Assembly (NCBI GenBank): GCA_018303325.1
Contig: JAGVYH010000004.1
Span: 1-60,272, forward strand
Source of the DNA: Candidatus Woesearchaeota archaeon
GTDB lineage: Archaea > Nanobdellota > Nanobdellia > Woesearchaeales > DSVV01
DNA: 60,272 nt
Direction: 5' to 3'
A program made the position numbers and the translations under genes. Below the pieces are notes generated by a model, which was not told where the DNA came from, did not search any database, and worked only from the letters and a program-made list of their open reading frames with translations. The number at the start of each line of letters is the position of its first letter. The first letter of the stretch is position 1. Shown here one piece after another: positions 1 through 9,217 of the stretch.

Positions 1-44
1 GTTGTATACGGCGAATTTGTCACTTCGTGACCGACATTTTTAAG

Positions 45-97
45 ATTACAAACTGGGTGTCGCAGCAAGCTGCGGGGTACAATACCCAGTTTGTAAT
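45..97. repeat. Nested hairpin (REP/IS200-end-like palindrome)
   Basis: ATTACAAACTGGGTGT pairs with ATACCCAGTTTGTAAT around an inner CGCAGC-AA-GCTGCG hairpin. Confidence 0.55.
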
Positions 98-109
98 TAA
101 TTGCTGTTG

Positions 110-255
110 TATACTAAACGTGATTAATTTTCGTACAAATTAATCACGTTTGTAAGTTGGAAAGCAAAGCTTTCTAACTTCTCAGGAATCTCTGATTCCC
201 GAGATATACAAAAGTCCAGCGCAATAATGTTCGATTATTTTGTGCTTTTAGTATA
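110..255. mobile_element. Family-1 palindromic doublet (TATACTAAA...TTTTAGTATA) with two small hairpins nested between the units
   Basis: Units at 110-154 and 205-255 match copies at 5396, 11628, 19313 and 48223. AGTTGGAAAGC/GCTTTCTAACT and TCTCAGGAATC/GATTCCCGAGA lie between them. Confidence 0.7.
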
Positions 256-970
256 ATATACCTAAAGATGAATAGTTATTACCAAGCGAATCACTAAATT
301 CTTGAACTCTGCCAAGCATCTTTTGTCTTGTATCTATAATCATGGACAAACCGCTTATCAGAGGAATTGCTTTCTCGCTCAATGCGAATTTTTTAATTGC
401 ATATTGAATCATACCTACTAATTCTATTTCCTCGCCTAAAAGAACCTTTGTATCCTGTAATAAGGTATTGTAACATTCTTTTGCCTTTCTTAAATCACCA
501 TATGTGATGCGGGATATGCCATCAATTTCTATTTGATATATGTTTGCATATCCTTTGCATTCCTCAAATTTGGCTGCGAGAGGCTTATATTTGTTTAAAA
601 TAATCTTTTCTTTTTCAGTTATAGCTGATAATATTCTATTTGTCTCTGCTGAAGATATTTCATTCTCAATAAGATACTCAACTATATACTTGGATGCTAC
701 AGAATCCAATTGCAGAAATGAAGATTCAAGTGAAAGGTAATCATTTAAAAACAAAGTTAGGTTATGCGCCAATTTTATAAATGATACCTTTTCTAAATCT
801 TCTTTTTTCTTTGCTTCGCGCTTATCCTTTGCTTTATGCTGATATAATGCAATCCTTTGCTCAATGCTTTGATACACCTCTGTTTCTGTGTCTTGAATTT
901 TATCATTGCCATTGCAAGATACCATTCCTAAAATACTACTATAAACCAATGCTGCAATTGTTCTTTTCAT
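248..970 (-). CDS. Hypothetical lipoprotein-like helical protein
   Basis: MKRTIAALVYSSILGMVSC lipobox-like N-terminus. The stop codon lies in the end of the palindromic element. Confidence 0.65.
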   Translation of the reverse strand: MKRTIAALVYSSILGMVSCNGNDKIQDTETEVYQSIEQRIALYQHKAKDKREAKKKEDLEKVSFIKLAHNLTLFLNDYLSLESSFLQLDSVASKYIVEYLIENEISSAETNRILSAITEKEKIILNKYKPLAAKFEECKGYANIYQIEIDGISRITYGDLRKAKECYNTLLQDTKVLLGEEIELVGMIQYAIKKFALSEKAIPLISGLSMIIDTRQKMLGRVQEFSDSLGNNYSSLGILY

Positions 971-1196
971 GTTAAACACCTTCTTGTTAGTTTTATTTTT
1001 CACATGTTAGATTATTAATGTCAGTGACTATATATTAGATTAATCCTTAAGATTCTTAAGGCACTTTTAAATACAATAAAGAGATACACAGTTATATCCA
1101 ATTCAACAGAACCGACTATAATTACTTATGAAAATGGTAAGATTAAATGCGCTCTAATCTCGCCGTCAACATAATTGGATTAAAAAAACTTAAAAT

Positions 1197-1224
1197 AATT
1201 CATGAGACGTTTGGCTTCGCCCTA
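1197..1224 (+). repeat. Short repeat family 3 (CATGAGA..GG(A)CTTCG(T)CC), copy 1
   Basis: Similar to 30346-30377 and 39655-39687. Confidence 0.5.
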
Positions 1225-1300
1225 ATCTTCGAGGGGAGCGGAAGTTTCACTCAGGAAAAGTGATAAAATATATATATAAGGACTGACATATATGGTACAC

Positions 1301-1816
1301 ATGGACAGGAGACGATTCTTATTCAGTGGATTGGCAGCTTTAGTAGCCCTAAGCACGCCCAACATAGTTGATAAAGGTGTGGAGATGGTTGCGAGGGCTG
1401 GTGCGGAAGAGAAACAAGTCTATCAAACTATTGGAGATTATTATGATTCAGGAACACCTTCTGATAAAATGCCTGGTGCGAGACAATGTTCTGCTGATAG
1501 AATTGAAGATGAACTATTAGGATTTTCAGGGAGGGATTGGGTGGATTATTATTTTAATAATCCTTCTTATCGAAATGCATTTCAACAGTTATTTAGGGAA
1601 ATGGATGGTAAAGCTATACCTATTAATTCTCCAGAACATAGAGGAATTACTTCTGTTTTTGACTTTAAAAAATTTAATGATTACCTTAAATCAAATAAAG
1701 ATAGCATAAGTTCAGTTACTCTGTGGTATGATGGATTTATGAGTTTTGGAAGCACTTATGATTCAATTGTTATCCCTATATATCCAAATATTGTCACCAA
1801 AATAGAAAAATTATAA
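1301..1816 (+). CDS. Twin-arginine-leader secreted protein (module 1, gene A)
   Basis: MDRRRFLFSGLAALVAL leader, nearly the same as in 5743..6240. Start chosen by alignment with the paralog and TATA spacing. Confidence 0.75.
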   Translation: MDRRRFLFSGLAALVALSTPNIVDKGVEMVARAGAEEKQVYQTIGDYYDSGTPSDKMPGARQCSADRIEDELLGFSGRDWVDYYFNNPSYRNAFQQLFREMDGKAIPINSPEHRGITSVFDFKKFNDYLKSNKDSISSVTLWYDGFMSFGSTYDSIVIPIYPNIVTKIEKL

Positions 1817-1844
1817 ATACCCTTCTATACAATTATGTAATATC

Positions 1845-3512
1845 ATGAAAAAGAGTGTATTTTTTTGGGTTTATTTATTTTTATTAGGATTTTCTTTATT
1901 AAATGCACACGCAGTGGGTACAAAAGGAACTGCAATGGAAGGGGATACATATTTAAATTCTCCTGAAGCAGCCCAAGAAGCTGTCAACGGCGGCACAAAT
2001 GGTCCAGCTACTCTTCAAGTTGATGCAAATGTCAAAACTAATCATGGTTCTGACTTAGGGATGAAATCAGGAACAACTGTTACTGCAAGTCCTGGTACTG
2101 TAACTTTAACCTCAAAGGACACCATCACCGAAGACTCTAATTCATATACAAACGTTGAAAACCTCGTTCTTACAGAAAACACAGTTTCAGTTGATACCGC
2201 AGAAAGCTTAGAATCAAACAATGTCAAAGCAACAGGTGTAGTAGAGTTTTCACAAATGAAAAATACTGATGCATTTGATGCAAAGCATTTAGATGCAATT
2301 GAAATAACTACTCCTTCTGGCACTGTAACAATGACTAATGTAAATGACATCAATTATCTCAACGGCAATTATAATTTTGAACACGCTGATTATATCAAAA
2401 CAAATAATTTTGAAGCAGTTAACATAAATGATTTTTCAAGCGATGCACAGAAATTCACAACAACCAGCGCAGACACTTTAACTTCTGATTGTTTAGAGAT
2501 ATCAAAAATAGAAAATGCTGAATTTATTATAGATGAAACAAAACTTTTCGACAAAACCAAAACAATAGAAATGAAAGATTGTTTGGGAAATAATATTAAT
2601 TTTCAGGGTAATGACGACGGTTCCGCGCTGATTGTAAGCAAAGATACTCCTTATAGTTATTCCATCGCCAAAGGAACTCTTACCATTTCTCACGACGGGT
2701 ATGATGAGGTGTTATCTACATTCTCAACTGCCGCAGGAATAATGAATAATAATGGATTAACAATGATAGAAATGAATCCGACGACGGCTTACACGCAGAA
2801 AAATAATGACAATTATTTAGACAAGGGCAATACGTTAAAAGACTTCAGCATATATATCCCGAAGAATGCTGACAAATATCTTTTATTTATAAGAAAAGCA
2901 CAGGAAGAGGCAGAGCCTATCATTGATTACTGTCTGCAATGCGGTTATATGGATTTTATAACACACAAATTTGTATTAAAAGGTATTGTGAACTATTTAA
3001 GGCCTGTGTTTAATGATAAGTTTGAATTAATTACTCCTAAGCTAAGCATTGTTTACAACAGCACAGATAAATATAATAATGTAGTGTTTGAAATGGACGA
3101 GAATAATGTAATAGCCAACAACCTTGTTATTTCAAATGATAATATCAATAACATAAATACTGACAAAATAATAGCATTTGTTTACAACGGCGAATATCAT
3201 CTTTATGAAAGTGTAGAGAACGGAGAAGTAGTAGGGAGAATTAAGGTGAATTATTATTTTGCGCCGTATACAATAAAGAAAATCTCAACAGATTACGGCA
3301 AAGAATATCATAAGCCATTGATATTTGAAAATGGCGCGCTGATTATGGACAAGGAAGGAAATACGCTGACAATAAGAAGTCAAAATCAAGGGAATGCAAT
3401 CAATGTTTTGAAAGAGGATATTTATAATTATGACAAGAAGTTTGAAGATTGCAAACTCATTTCAGAATCTTTGTTTGGCTCTATGAATTTATTTGAGTGG
3501 ATTAATGAATAG
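1845..3512 (+). CDS. Large secreted beta-rich surface protein (module 1, gene B)
   Basis: Sec-type signal ending in AHA. C-terminal ~250 aa similar to the C-terminus of 6258..8408. Confidence 0.75.
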   Translation: MKKSVFFWVYLFLLGFSLLNAHAVGTKGTAMEGDTYLNSPEAAQEAVNGGTNGPATLQVDANVKTNHGSDLGMKSGTTVTASPGTVTLTSKDTITEDSNSYTNVENLVLTENTVSVDTAESLESNNVKATGVVEFSQMKNTDAFDAKHLDAIEITTPSGTVTMTNVNDINYLNGNYNFEHADYIKTNNFEAVNINDFSSDAQKFTTTSADTLTSDCLEISKIENAEFIIDETKLFDKTKTIEMKDCLGNNINFQGNDDGSALIVSKDTPYSYSIAKGTLTISHDGYDEVLSTFSTAAGIMNNNGLTMIEMNPTTAYTQKNNDNYLDKGNTLKDFSIYIPKNADKYLLFIRKAQEEAEPIIDYCLQCGYMDFITHKFVLKGIVNYLRPVFNDKFELITPKLSIVYNSTDKYNNVVFEMDENNVIANNLVISNDNINNINTDKIIAFVYNGEYHLYESVENGEVVGRIKVNYYFAPYTIKKISTDYGKEYHKPLIFENGALIMDKEGNTLTIRSQNQGNAINVLKEDIYNYDKKFEDCKLISESLFGSMNLFEWINE

Positions 3513-3519
3513 GTATAAA

Positions 3520-3620
3520 GTAAGATAGTAGGATGGTTTGATAGTAAGAAGATACTACGAATGGAACGATGGAAAGGGGTCGTTACCATCAAACCTTCTT
3601 ACCTTCCAACCATCTTACCT
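3520..3620. repeat. Octamer-repeat inverted element, copy 1
   Basis: GTAAGATA/GTAGGATG/GTTTGATA arm and CCATCAAA/CCTTCTTA/CCTTCCAA/CCATCTTA arm. Second copy at 18601. Confidence 0.7.
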
Positions 3621-3648
3621 TATACTTGAATAAAAAAGCTGATGCTCA

Positions 3649-4314
3649 ATGATTAATAAAATAAACAAGAAAAGTCAAATAACCCTCTTTATATTAATTG
3701 GGATTGTTTTTTTAGCAGTAATAGCGCTAATTTTTTTCGCTGAATTTACTAAAGGTGATAATGGTTATAAAAACAATGCAGTGCCGTCAGATGTTTCAGC
3801 ACATATAAATGCAGTCAACAAATATGTTTCTGAATGCTCGTTGTACACTCTTGGCAAAAATGCAGGCTATAATAAGTTTACACCTTATTTGTTGGCAGGT
3901 TTAGATGAATCTAGTCAGAATATTAATGAATTCTTTGAAAAGGTTATGCCTGGCTTAATTAATCTGGAAGCATTGAAAGGATATGAATCACATTATAAAA
4001 AAACAAGCGCAGAGGCTGAGTTCGGAGCAACTGATACCTTACTAAAGATAAAACATGATTATATTCTAAAAAAAGAATCTAAAATATTCAATGGAAGGGA
4101 ATTTGAAACAAAAATGAATGTAAGACTCAAAAAGCTCAGCGATAACGCAAAAATAGCTCAGGATGAAAAAGACATTAATCTTAATGAAATGAATAAACTA
4201 AATTTCAAAAAGGATATTGAATTAATGGACAAAGCCGAGGTTTTTGTTTTTACAGATGAAACCTCAATAATTAACAATATGCCTTATAAATTTATTTTTA
4301 CGAAAGAAAAGTAG
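3649..4314 (+). CDS. Class III signal peptide (pilin-like) membrane protein (module 1, gene C)
   Basis: KKSQ|ITLFILIGIVFLAVI motif typical of archaeal prepilin-peptidase substrates. Confidence 0.7.
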   Translation: MINKINKKSQITLFILIGIVFLAVIALIFFAEFTKGDNGYKNNAVPSDVSAHINAVNKYVSECSLYTLGKNAGYNKFTPYLLAGLDESSQNINEFFEKVMPGLINLEALKGYESHYKKTSAEAEFGATDTLLKIKHDYILKKESKIFNGREFETKMNVRLKKLSDNAKIAQDEKDINLNEMNKLNFKKDIELMDKAEVFVFTDETSIINNMPYKFIFTKEK

Positions 4315-4414
4315 TTGGGTTAGTTTCAACAAAATTATTTGCATTACCACAAAAATCATTACACTCTCTTGTTTTTGATTAAGCTCATTTCCTTCCTCAT
4401 CACATTTTACAAAT

Positions 4415-4437
4415 GAAAATTAATCACTTTTAGTATA
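4415..4437. repeat. Family-1 palindrome half copy
   Basis: GAAAATTAATCACTTTTAGTATA is identical to the end of the 11628-11720 copy. Confidence 0.6.
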
Positions 4438-4514
4438 GTTAAGTTATAAATCTTGATGACAAAAAACTAAGTGAATTAAGCAATAAAAGAAAAGAGATAA
4501 ATCTGCTTATTGCG

Positions 4515-5063
4515 TTATAATTTCTTTAATGCATCATCTATTTCTCTTCGTTCATATTCACCAATTCGATGATGTAATCCTGATACTATCCTAAATTTAG
4601 AATAAAGAAGATTTAATAGATATCCAACTAAGTGTTCTCTTCTCCCTTGAGAAACATCTTCTTCTTTAATATAAATAGAAACAAATGATTTTAAGCCATC
4701 ATTAAATTGTGAATCTGATATAATTTCTACACCAAATGTAGCCTTTAAATGTTTTATAGCATTTGAAATTAATATTTCACATCCTTCAATATCTCTTAAG
4801 GATTGTTCTGAAAAATGCCCAACTAAACCAACATATGTGGTTCTTATCCCTACTTTTTTTACTGCTTTAATTTTATCTAAAAATATCAAGTGATAATAGC
4901 CAATATTATAGCAATTTTCAGAATAAGTACCTGTAAATATTTTTTTCTCGTTCATTAATTCAAATAAGTCTCTATCAAATTCGTCAACAGATACTTCTTG
5001 CTTTTCTAATTTACTTGATAATTCATTAAGAACATTCTTCAATTTTGCCTCAAGGTCTTCCAT
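4515..5063 (-). CDS. Hypothetical protein
   Basis: Open frame from MEDLEAKL with an upstream TATA-like box. No motif recognised. Confidence 0.6.
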   Translation of the reverse strand: MEDLEAKLKNVLNELSSKLEKQEVSVDEFDRDLFELMNEKKIFTGTYSENCYNIGYYHLIFLDKIKAVKKVGIRTTYVGLVGHFSEQSLRDIEGCEILISNAIKHLKATFGVEIISDSQFNDGLKSFVSIYIKEEDVSQGRREHLVGYLLNLLYSKFRIVSGLHHRIGEYERREIDDALKKL

Positions 5064-5129
5064 AGCTAAAGAGAAGGACAAGTAATATTTAAAAATTATG
5101 ATAATAAGCAGTATCTCCAAAAGATTTTT

Positions 5130-5657
5130 GATTTAGGAAACTTAAACCAACCTCATCTCAAAAAAGCTGCTGAGATAAAATTCAACATAAAACTTTCTGA
5201 CGTTGATAAGAATTCTCACTTAACTATGGATGGTGATGAATTAAAAACATTAGACATTACTTTCAAAGACGACAATTCAGAGCTCGTCATGGAGAACCCT
5301 TTAGCGCATGACAAACCACAGTATAAATATGCTGATGAGTTTAAAGATACTGATGGTGATGGATTAACAGATAATATGGAATTGAACAATAACCTTTTTC
5401 GTACAAATTAATCACGTTTGTATATACAAAAGTGCAAAATAATGTTCGATTATTTTGTACTTTTAGTATATCCTACTGATGCAAAAGAATACAATACTTA
5501 TCCAGAAATAGGTTATGAAGATGATTACAAGTTCGTAGAGTATTTTCTAAGCAATCCTGCGATATTTAATGAAGTGAAAACATTAGGCATAGAAGATGAT
5601 CCTTTGCAGGACAGTGATGGTTTCCATTTTCTAATAATAACTCTTAGTGAAAAATAG
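5130..5657 (+). pseudogene. Fragmentary paralog of the 6258..8408 gene, interrupted by a family-1 element
   Basis: 5130-5395 matches ~6672-6935 (KYADEFKDTDGDGLTDNMELNNNL) and 5467-5620 matches ~6958-7129. No signal peptide. Confidence 0.8.
5396..5470. mobile_element. Family-1 palindromic doublet (left-truncated) inserted at TATA
   Basis: Ends TTTTAG-TATA-TCCTACTGA, while the intact paralog reads ATTATGA-TATA-TCCTACTGA. Confidence 0.75.
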
Positions 5658-5742
5658 CCTGTCGGCAGGACTTCGCTGAGAGCGGTTTCACACTGAAAAA
5701 GTAGTAAAATATATAAATCTATGGATAATACTTTATTATATA

Positions 5743-6240
5743 ATGGATAGAAGAAGATTATTGCAAATAGCTGTTGCTGGATTAGTAGCTTTAGCTACGC
5801 CTCAAGTAGTTGACAAAGGACTGGAAATGATTGCAAGTGTGAGTGCGGAGGAAAAGGAGAAAAAGCCAGAAACAGTAGATGATATTTTGGCAGGAACCTC
5901 TTTTGAAGAGGTTTGTTCTGATAATTATGCTGAAAAAACAAAATATGGAAATGTAGTTGTGTTCTTTTATGATAAAAATGACACTAATGGTGCATCTACA
6001 AGGTTGGCTCAAGTTTACAGAAGTATTGAACTTGAATACAAAGCGAATATAATTTTTTTAAAATTTGGAGATTCTATACAAAGAAAGGATTCAAAAAAAT
6101 ACGTACCGGAAGTTCCGTATACTTTATTTTATAAAAAGGGAGAAATTATTGATCAGTTGGCTGGTGGGCCAAAAGAGGATTTTAATTTGGAAATCTGGAC
6201 AAAAGATTTTAGAAAAGGTCTAGATAAATTATATAAATAA
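5743..6240 (+). CDS. Twin-arginine-leader thioredoxin-fold protein lacking CxxC (module 2, gene A)
   Basis: MDRRRLLQ leader. VVVFFY...VPYTLFYKKGEIIDQLAG is thioredoxin-like; no CxxC. Confidence 0.65.
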   Translation: MDRRRLLQIAVAGLVALATPQVVDKGLEMIASVSAEEKEKKPETVDDILAGTSFEEVCSDNYAEKTKYGNVVVFFYDKNDTNGASTRLAQVYRSIELEYKANIIFLKFGDSIQRKDSKKYVPEVPYTLFYKKGEIIDQLAGGPKEDFNLEIWTKDFRKGLDKLYK

Positions 6241-6257
6241 AAATGTAAGTGTTAGAT

Positions 6258-8408
6258 ATGTTTAAAAAAAAGAGGATATTTATTTCAATCATTGTATTAT
6301 TTATATTAATCTTAGTTTTACCATTCACATTTTCTTTTGATGTTACTGAGGAAACTGCATCGGATTTCTCAAACAAACAACTCTCCTCCTCCGATTATTC
6401 CTCCCCCTCTGCATATCCAGACATTTTCTCCAATCCTAATTTCCAGGTCAATCAAGTTCCGTCACAATATGTTTCTCAAATTCCACCAGACAAACTCCAA
6501 GGCAAAACTTCTCAGCTAAAAAAAGAGCAAGTTCCTTTTCTCTCTGATTCTCAAATAAAAGGATTAAATGGAGATGATGTTTCTAATATTATCAATCAAT
6601 TAACTCCATCTCAAGAAAGCTCTTTAACAACAGACCAGCTTTCTCATTCTAATAATCTTGAAGAAGTTTCAGACTTAAGCAATCTCAACCAAAAAAACAT
6701 GCAAAACGCTGCTCAAATAAAATTCAACATAAAACTTCCTGACGTCGATAAGAATTCTCATTTAACTATGGATGGTGATAAATTAAAAACATTAGAAATC
6801 ACTTTCAAAAACACAGAGCAATTAATCATGGAGAATCCTTTAGCGCATGACAAACCACAGTATAAATATGCTGATGAGTTTAAAGATACTGATGGTGATG
6901 GATTAACAGATAATATGGAATTGAACAATAACCTTACTGATTATCTGGAAATTATGATATATCCTACTGATGGAAACAAGTATAATACATTCCCTGACGC
7001 TGGATTCAGCAATGACAAAGAATTCGTTGACTTTTACTCAACAACAGAAGATGCAGAGTTTAATATTGGCGGAGTTAATGTTATGGAAACATTTAATATT
7101 TACAATGACCTTGCAAAAGATTCTGATGGTGATGGTATATCAGATCTTAAAGAGTTCTACATCAATTACAACCCTGAAAATAATGATATAGACAATGATG
7201 GCCTAAGCGATGGCTATGAAATCAAAAATGCTTTAGACCCGAAAAATCCTTCAGCACTGCCAAACATGATATTAAGCAAGGATTGCAAAGATTGTCTTAT
7301 CAAAGTAAAAGGGAATAAAGAGGATTATTTCAAGATAAACTTTAATCAGGATTCTTTTAGTATAGACACGAATGCAAAGGTTTCTATCGGCGGAAAAGCA
7401 ATGGATTATGCGATGTTTACTGCGCTAGATGAGTCAGTAACATCAATATCAGCTGCACAGGATAATTCAATAGAATTAACTTCGACAAGAACAGAAGCTG
7501 GCTATATCTTTTCCTCAGAAAATACAAACAGCACCATCACCAGCAATAATTACAAAGAAATTGTTCTCGGAAAAAGCTCTAAATATGAAACAGTTCTTAA
7601 CGACGGCGTTATCTACGCAGAGCTTAATTCAGCTGGAAGATATGAATATATTAGTATTCCGATGAAAAGTTTTGCGATTGTGAGAAAGGAAAAAGAGAAT
7701 TATTTTATATATATTGACAAGCCAAGCAAAAGATTAAGTTATGACGAATACAAGAATAAATTAAACAATAACAACAAATTAGAAGATAATACTTTAGAAA
7801 ATAACAACATAGAAGATAATACTCTAGAAAATAACAACATAGAAGATAATACTCTAGAAAATAACAATCTAAAAGACAATAATCATAAGAATAATAAACT
7901 AAAAAACAAAAACTCTGCATATATCAGCGCAGAAGAACATATAATTAATTTAAACGGCAAAGTTACCTTTCTTAAAAACGAGCCGTACAGTTTCGTAGAG
8001 CATCCTCTTTATTTAAGTTATGACAATGAGAATAATGCTGAGCTGATATTTGATGCAAATAATGTTTATGTAAACCTAACTATAACTAATAATAATATTG
8101 ACTGCTCAGAAAACAGAACAATAAGCGATGTTTATTCTGGTATGTTTTTGGTTTCAGAGCAGTGTATCAACGGGAAAGTAGAACGGACTGGAAAATTTAT
8201 TGAAGCCCTGCCGGGTTATGTCAAAAGATATTCCGCTAGTTTTCATAATGGTATTGGTTATTTTGACAAAGAAATGTTTAGTCAAGAGACAAATGAGAGG
8301 ATAACTCTGGTTAGAATGATTTCTGTTCTTAATTATGGTGAGGTAAACAGGCTAAAAGAAGGATGGCAGAAACTAAAAAGCAGGCTGTGGGTTGGAGAGA
8401 ATCAATAG
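6258..8408 (+). CDS. Large secreted surface protein with DxDGDG Ca-binding repeats (module 2, gene B)
   Basis: Hydrophobic signal; DTDGDGLTD, DSDGDGISD and DIDNDGLSD motifs; 30-nt tandem repeat near 7780-7870. Confidence 0.75.
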   Translation: MFKKKRIFISIIVLFILILVLPFTFSFDVTEETASDFSNKQLSSSDYSSPSAYPDIFSNPNFQVNQVPSQYVSQIPPDKLQGKTSQLKKEQVPFLSDSQIKGLNGDDVSNIINQLTPSQESSLTTDQLSHSNNLEEVSDLSNLNQKNMQNAAQIKFNIKLPDVDKNSHLTMDGDKLKTLEITFKNTEQLIMENPLAHDKPQYKYADEFKDTDGDGLTDNMELNNNLTDYLEIMIYPTDGNKYNTFPDAGFSNDKEFVDFYSTTEDAEFNIGGVNVMETFNIYNDLAKDSDGDGISDLKEFYINYNPENNDIDNDGLSDGYEIKNALDPKNPSALPNMILSKDCKDCLIKVKGNKEDYFKINFNQDSFSIDTNAKVSIGGKAMDYAMFTALDESVTSISAAQDNSIELTSTRTEAGYIFSSENTNSTITSNNYKEIVLGKSSKYETVLNDGVIYAELNSAGRYEYISIPMKSFAIVRKEKENYFIYIDKPSKRLSYDEYKNKLNNNNKLEDNTLENNNIEDNTLENNNIEDNTLENNNLKDNNHKNNKLKNKNSAYISAEEHIINLNGKVTFLKNEPYSFVEHPLYLSYDNENNAELIFDANNVYVNLTITNNNIDCSENRTISDVYSGMFLVSEQCINGKVERTGKFIEALPGYVKRYSASFHNGIGYFDKEMFSQETNERITLVRMISVLNYGEVNRLKEGWQKLKSRLWVGENQ
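7778..7870 (+). repeat. In-frame 30-nt tandem repeat (IEDNTLENNN x3)
   Basis: atagaagataatactctagaaaataacaac repeated three times. Confidence 0.85.
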
Positions 8409-8455
8409 GCGAATTAACAGAGTATTATTTGAAAAACTCAAAAGATGAAAAAAAG

Positions 8456-9175
8456 GTGAAGAAAATCAATAAGCGAATTAATAAGAAAGCAACAATAATT
8501 ACTTGGTTTATAATAATCTGTTTAGTATTACTTATAGGAATTATTCTTTATACTTATATGACACAGGTAAGCATTAAGCCATTAAAGTTAAAAACAGACG
8601 AGCTTAAGATAGTAAAAGAATACACCGAGATTTGTTTAGGAAATGTTCTGGATAACTCATTGTTTATTGCAGCGAAACAAGGTGGCTATATCTGGCCCGA
8701 AACCACTATTGAAACACCTTTTGGCAATACTTCAATAGGTGCAGCTAAAAAAGAAACAAGCGAAATGCAGATATCAAAGTATATTACTAATAAATTACCC
8801 TCATGCCTGAATAATTACAGCTTTTTCCAAGAAAAAGGATTGGTTATTAAACAGGGTTTATTGGTTTTAAAAACAATAATTGGTGAGAATAATATTAACG
8901 CAATTGTAACCATGCCTGTAAAAATAGTTGATAATTCATCTAATGTTCAAGTAGTACAATTTACTAAAGAAAAAGAGATTAGATTAGGCAAACTTATTCA
9001 GTATGCTAAAGAAGTTCTTGAATATGATGATGTTGGATTATCTTATTTAAGCACGCTTGATGTTAATACAACCATAATAAAACAAGATAATAATATTGTC
9101 TATGTCTTTGAAGATGAAAATTCGCTGGTAAAAGACGCAAAGTATTTATTTATGTTCGCAAAGGAAGTAGAATAG
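8456..9175 (+). CDS. Class III signal peptide (pilin-like) membrane protein (module 2, gene C)
   Basis: KKA|TIITWFIIICLVLLIG. C-terminus VYVFEDENSLVKDAKYLFMFAKE resembles VFVFTDETSIINNMPYKFIFTKE of 3649..4314. Start uncertain (ORF opens at 8363). Confidence 0.7.
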   Translation: MKKINKRINKKATIITWFIIICLVLLIGIILYTYMTQVSIKPLKLKTDELKIVKEYTEICLGNVLDNSLFIAAKQGGYIWPETTIETPFGNTSIGAAKKETSEMQISKYITNKLPSCLNNYSFFQEKGLVIKQGLLVLKTIIGENNINAIVTMPVKIVDNSSNVQVVQFTKEKEIRLGKLIQYAKEVLEYDDVGLSYLSTLDVNTTIIKQDNNIVYVFEDENSLVKDAKYLFMFAKEVE

Positions 9176-9217
9176 TGTAAATAATAAACAAATACAGAAA
9201 GTTATTATAGTTGAATA

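Noticed and set aside
5130-7130. DGR template/variable repeat pair
   Set aside because: Differences are not adenine-specific, and no reverse transcriptase is in the window
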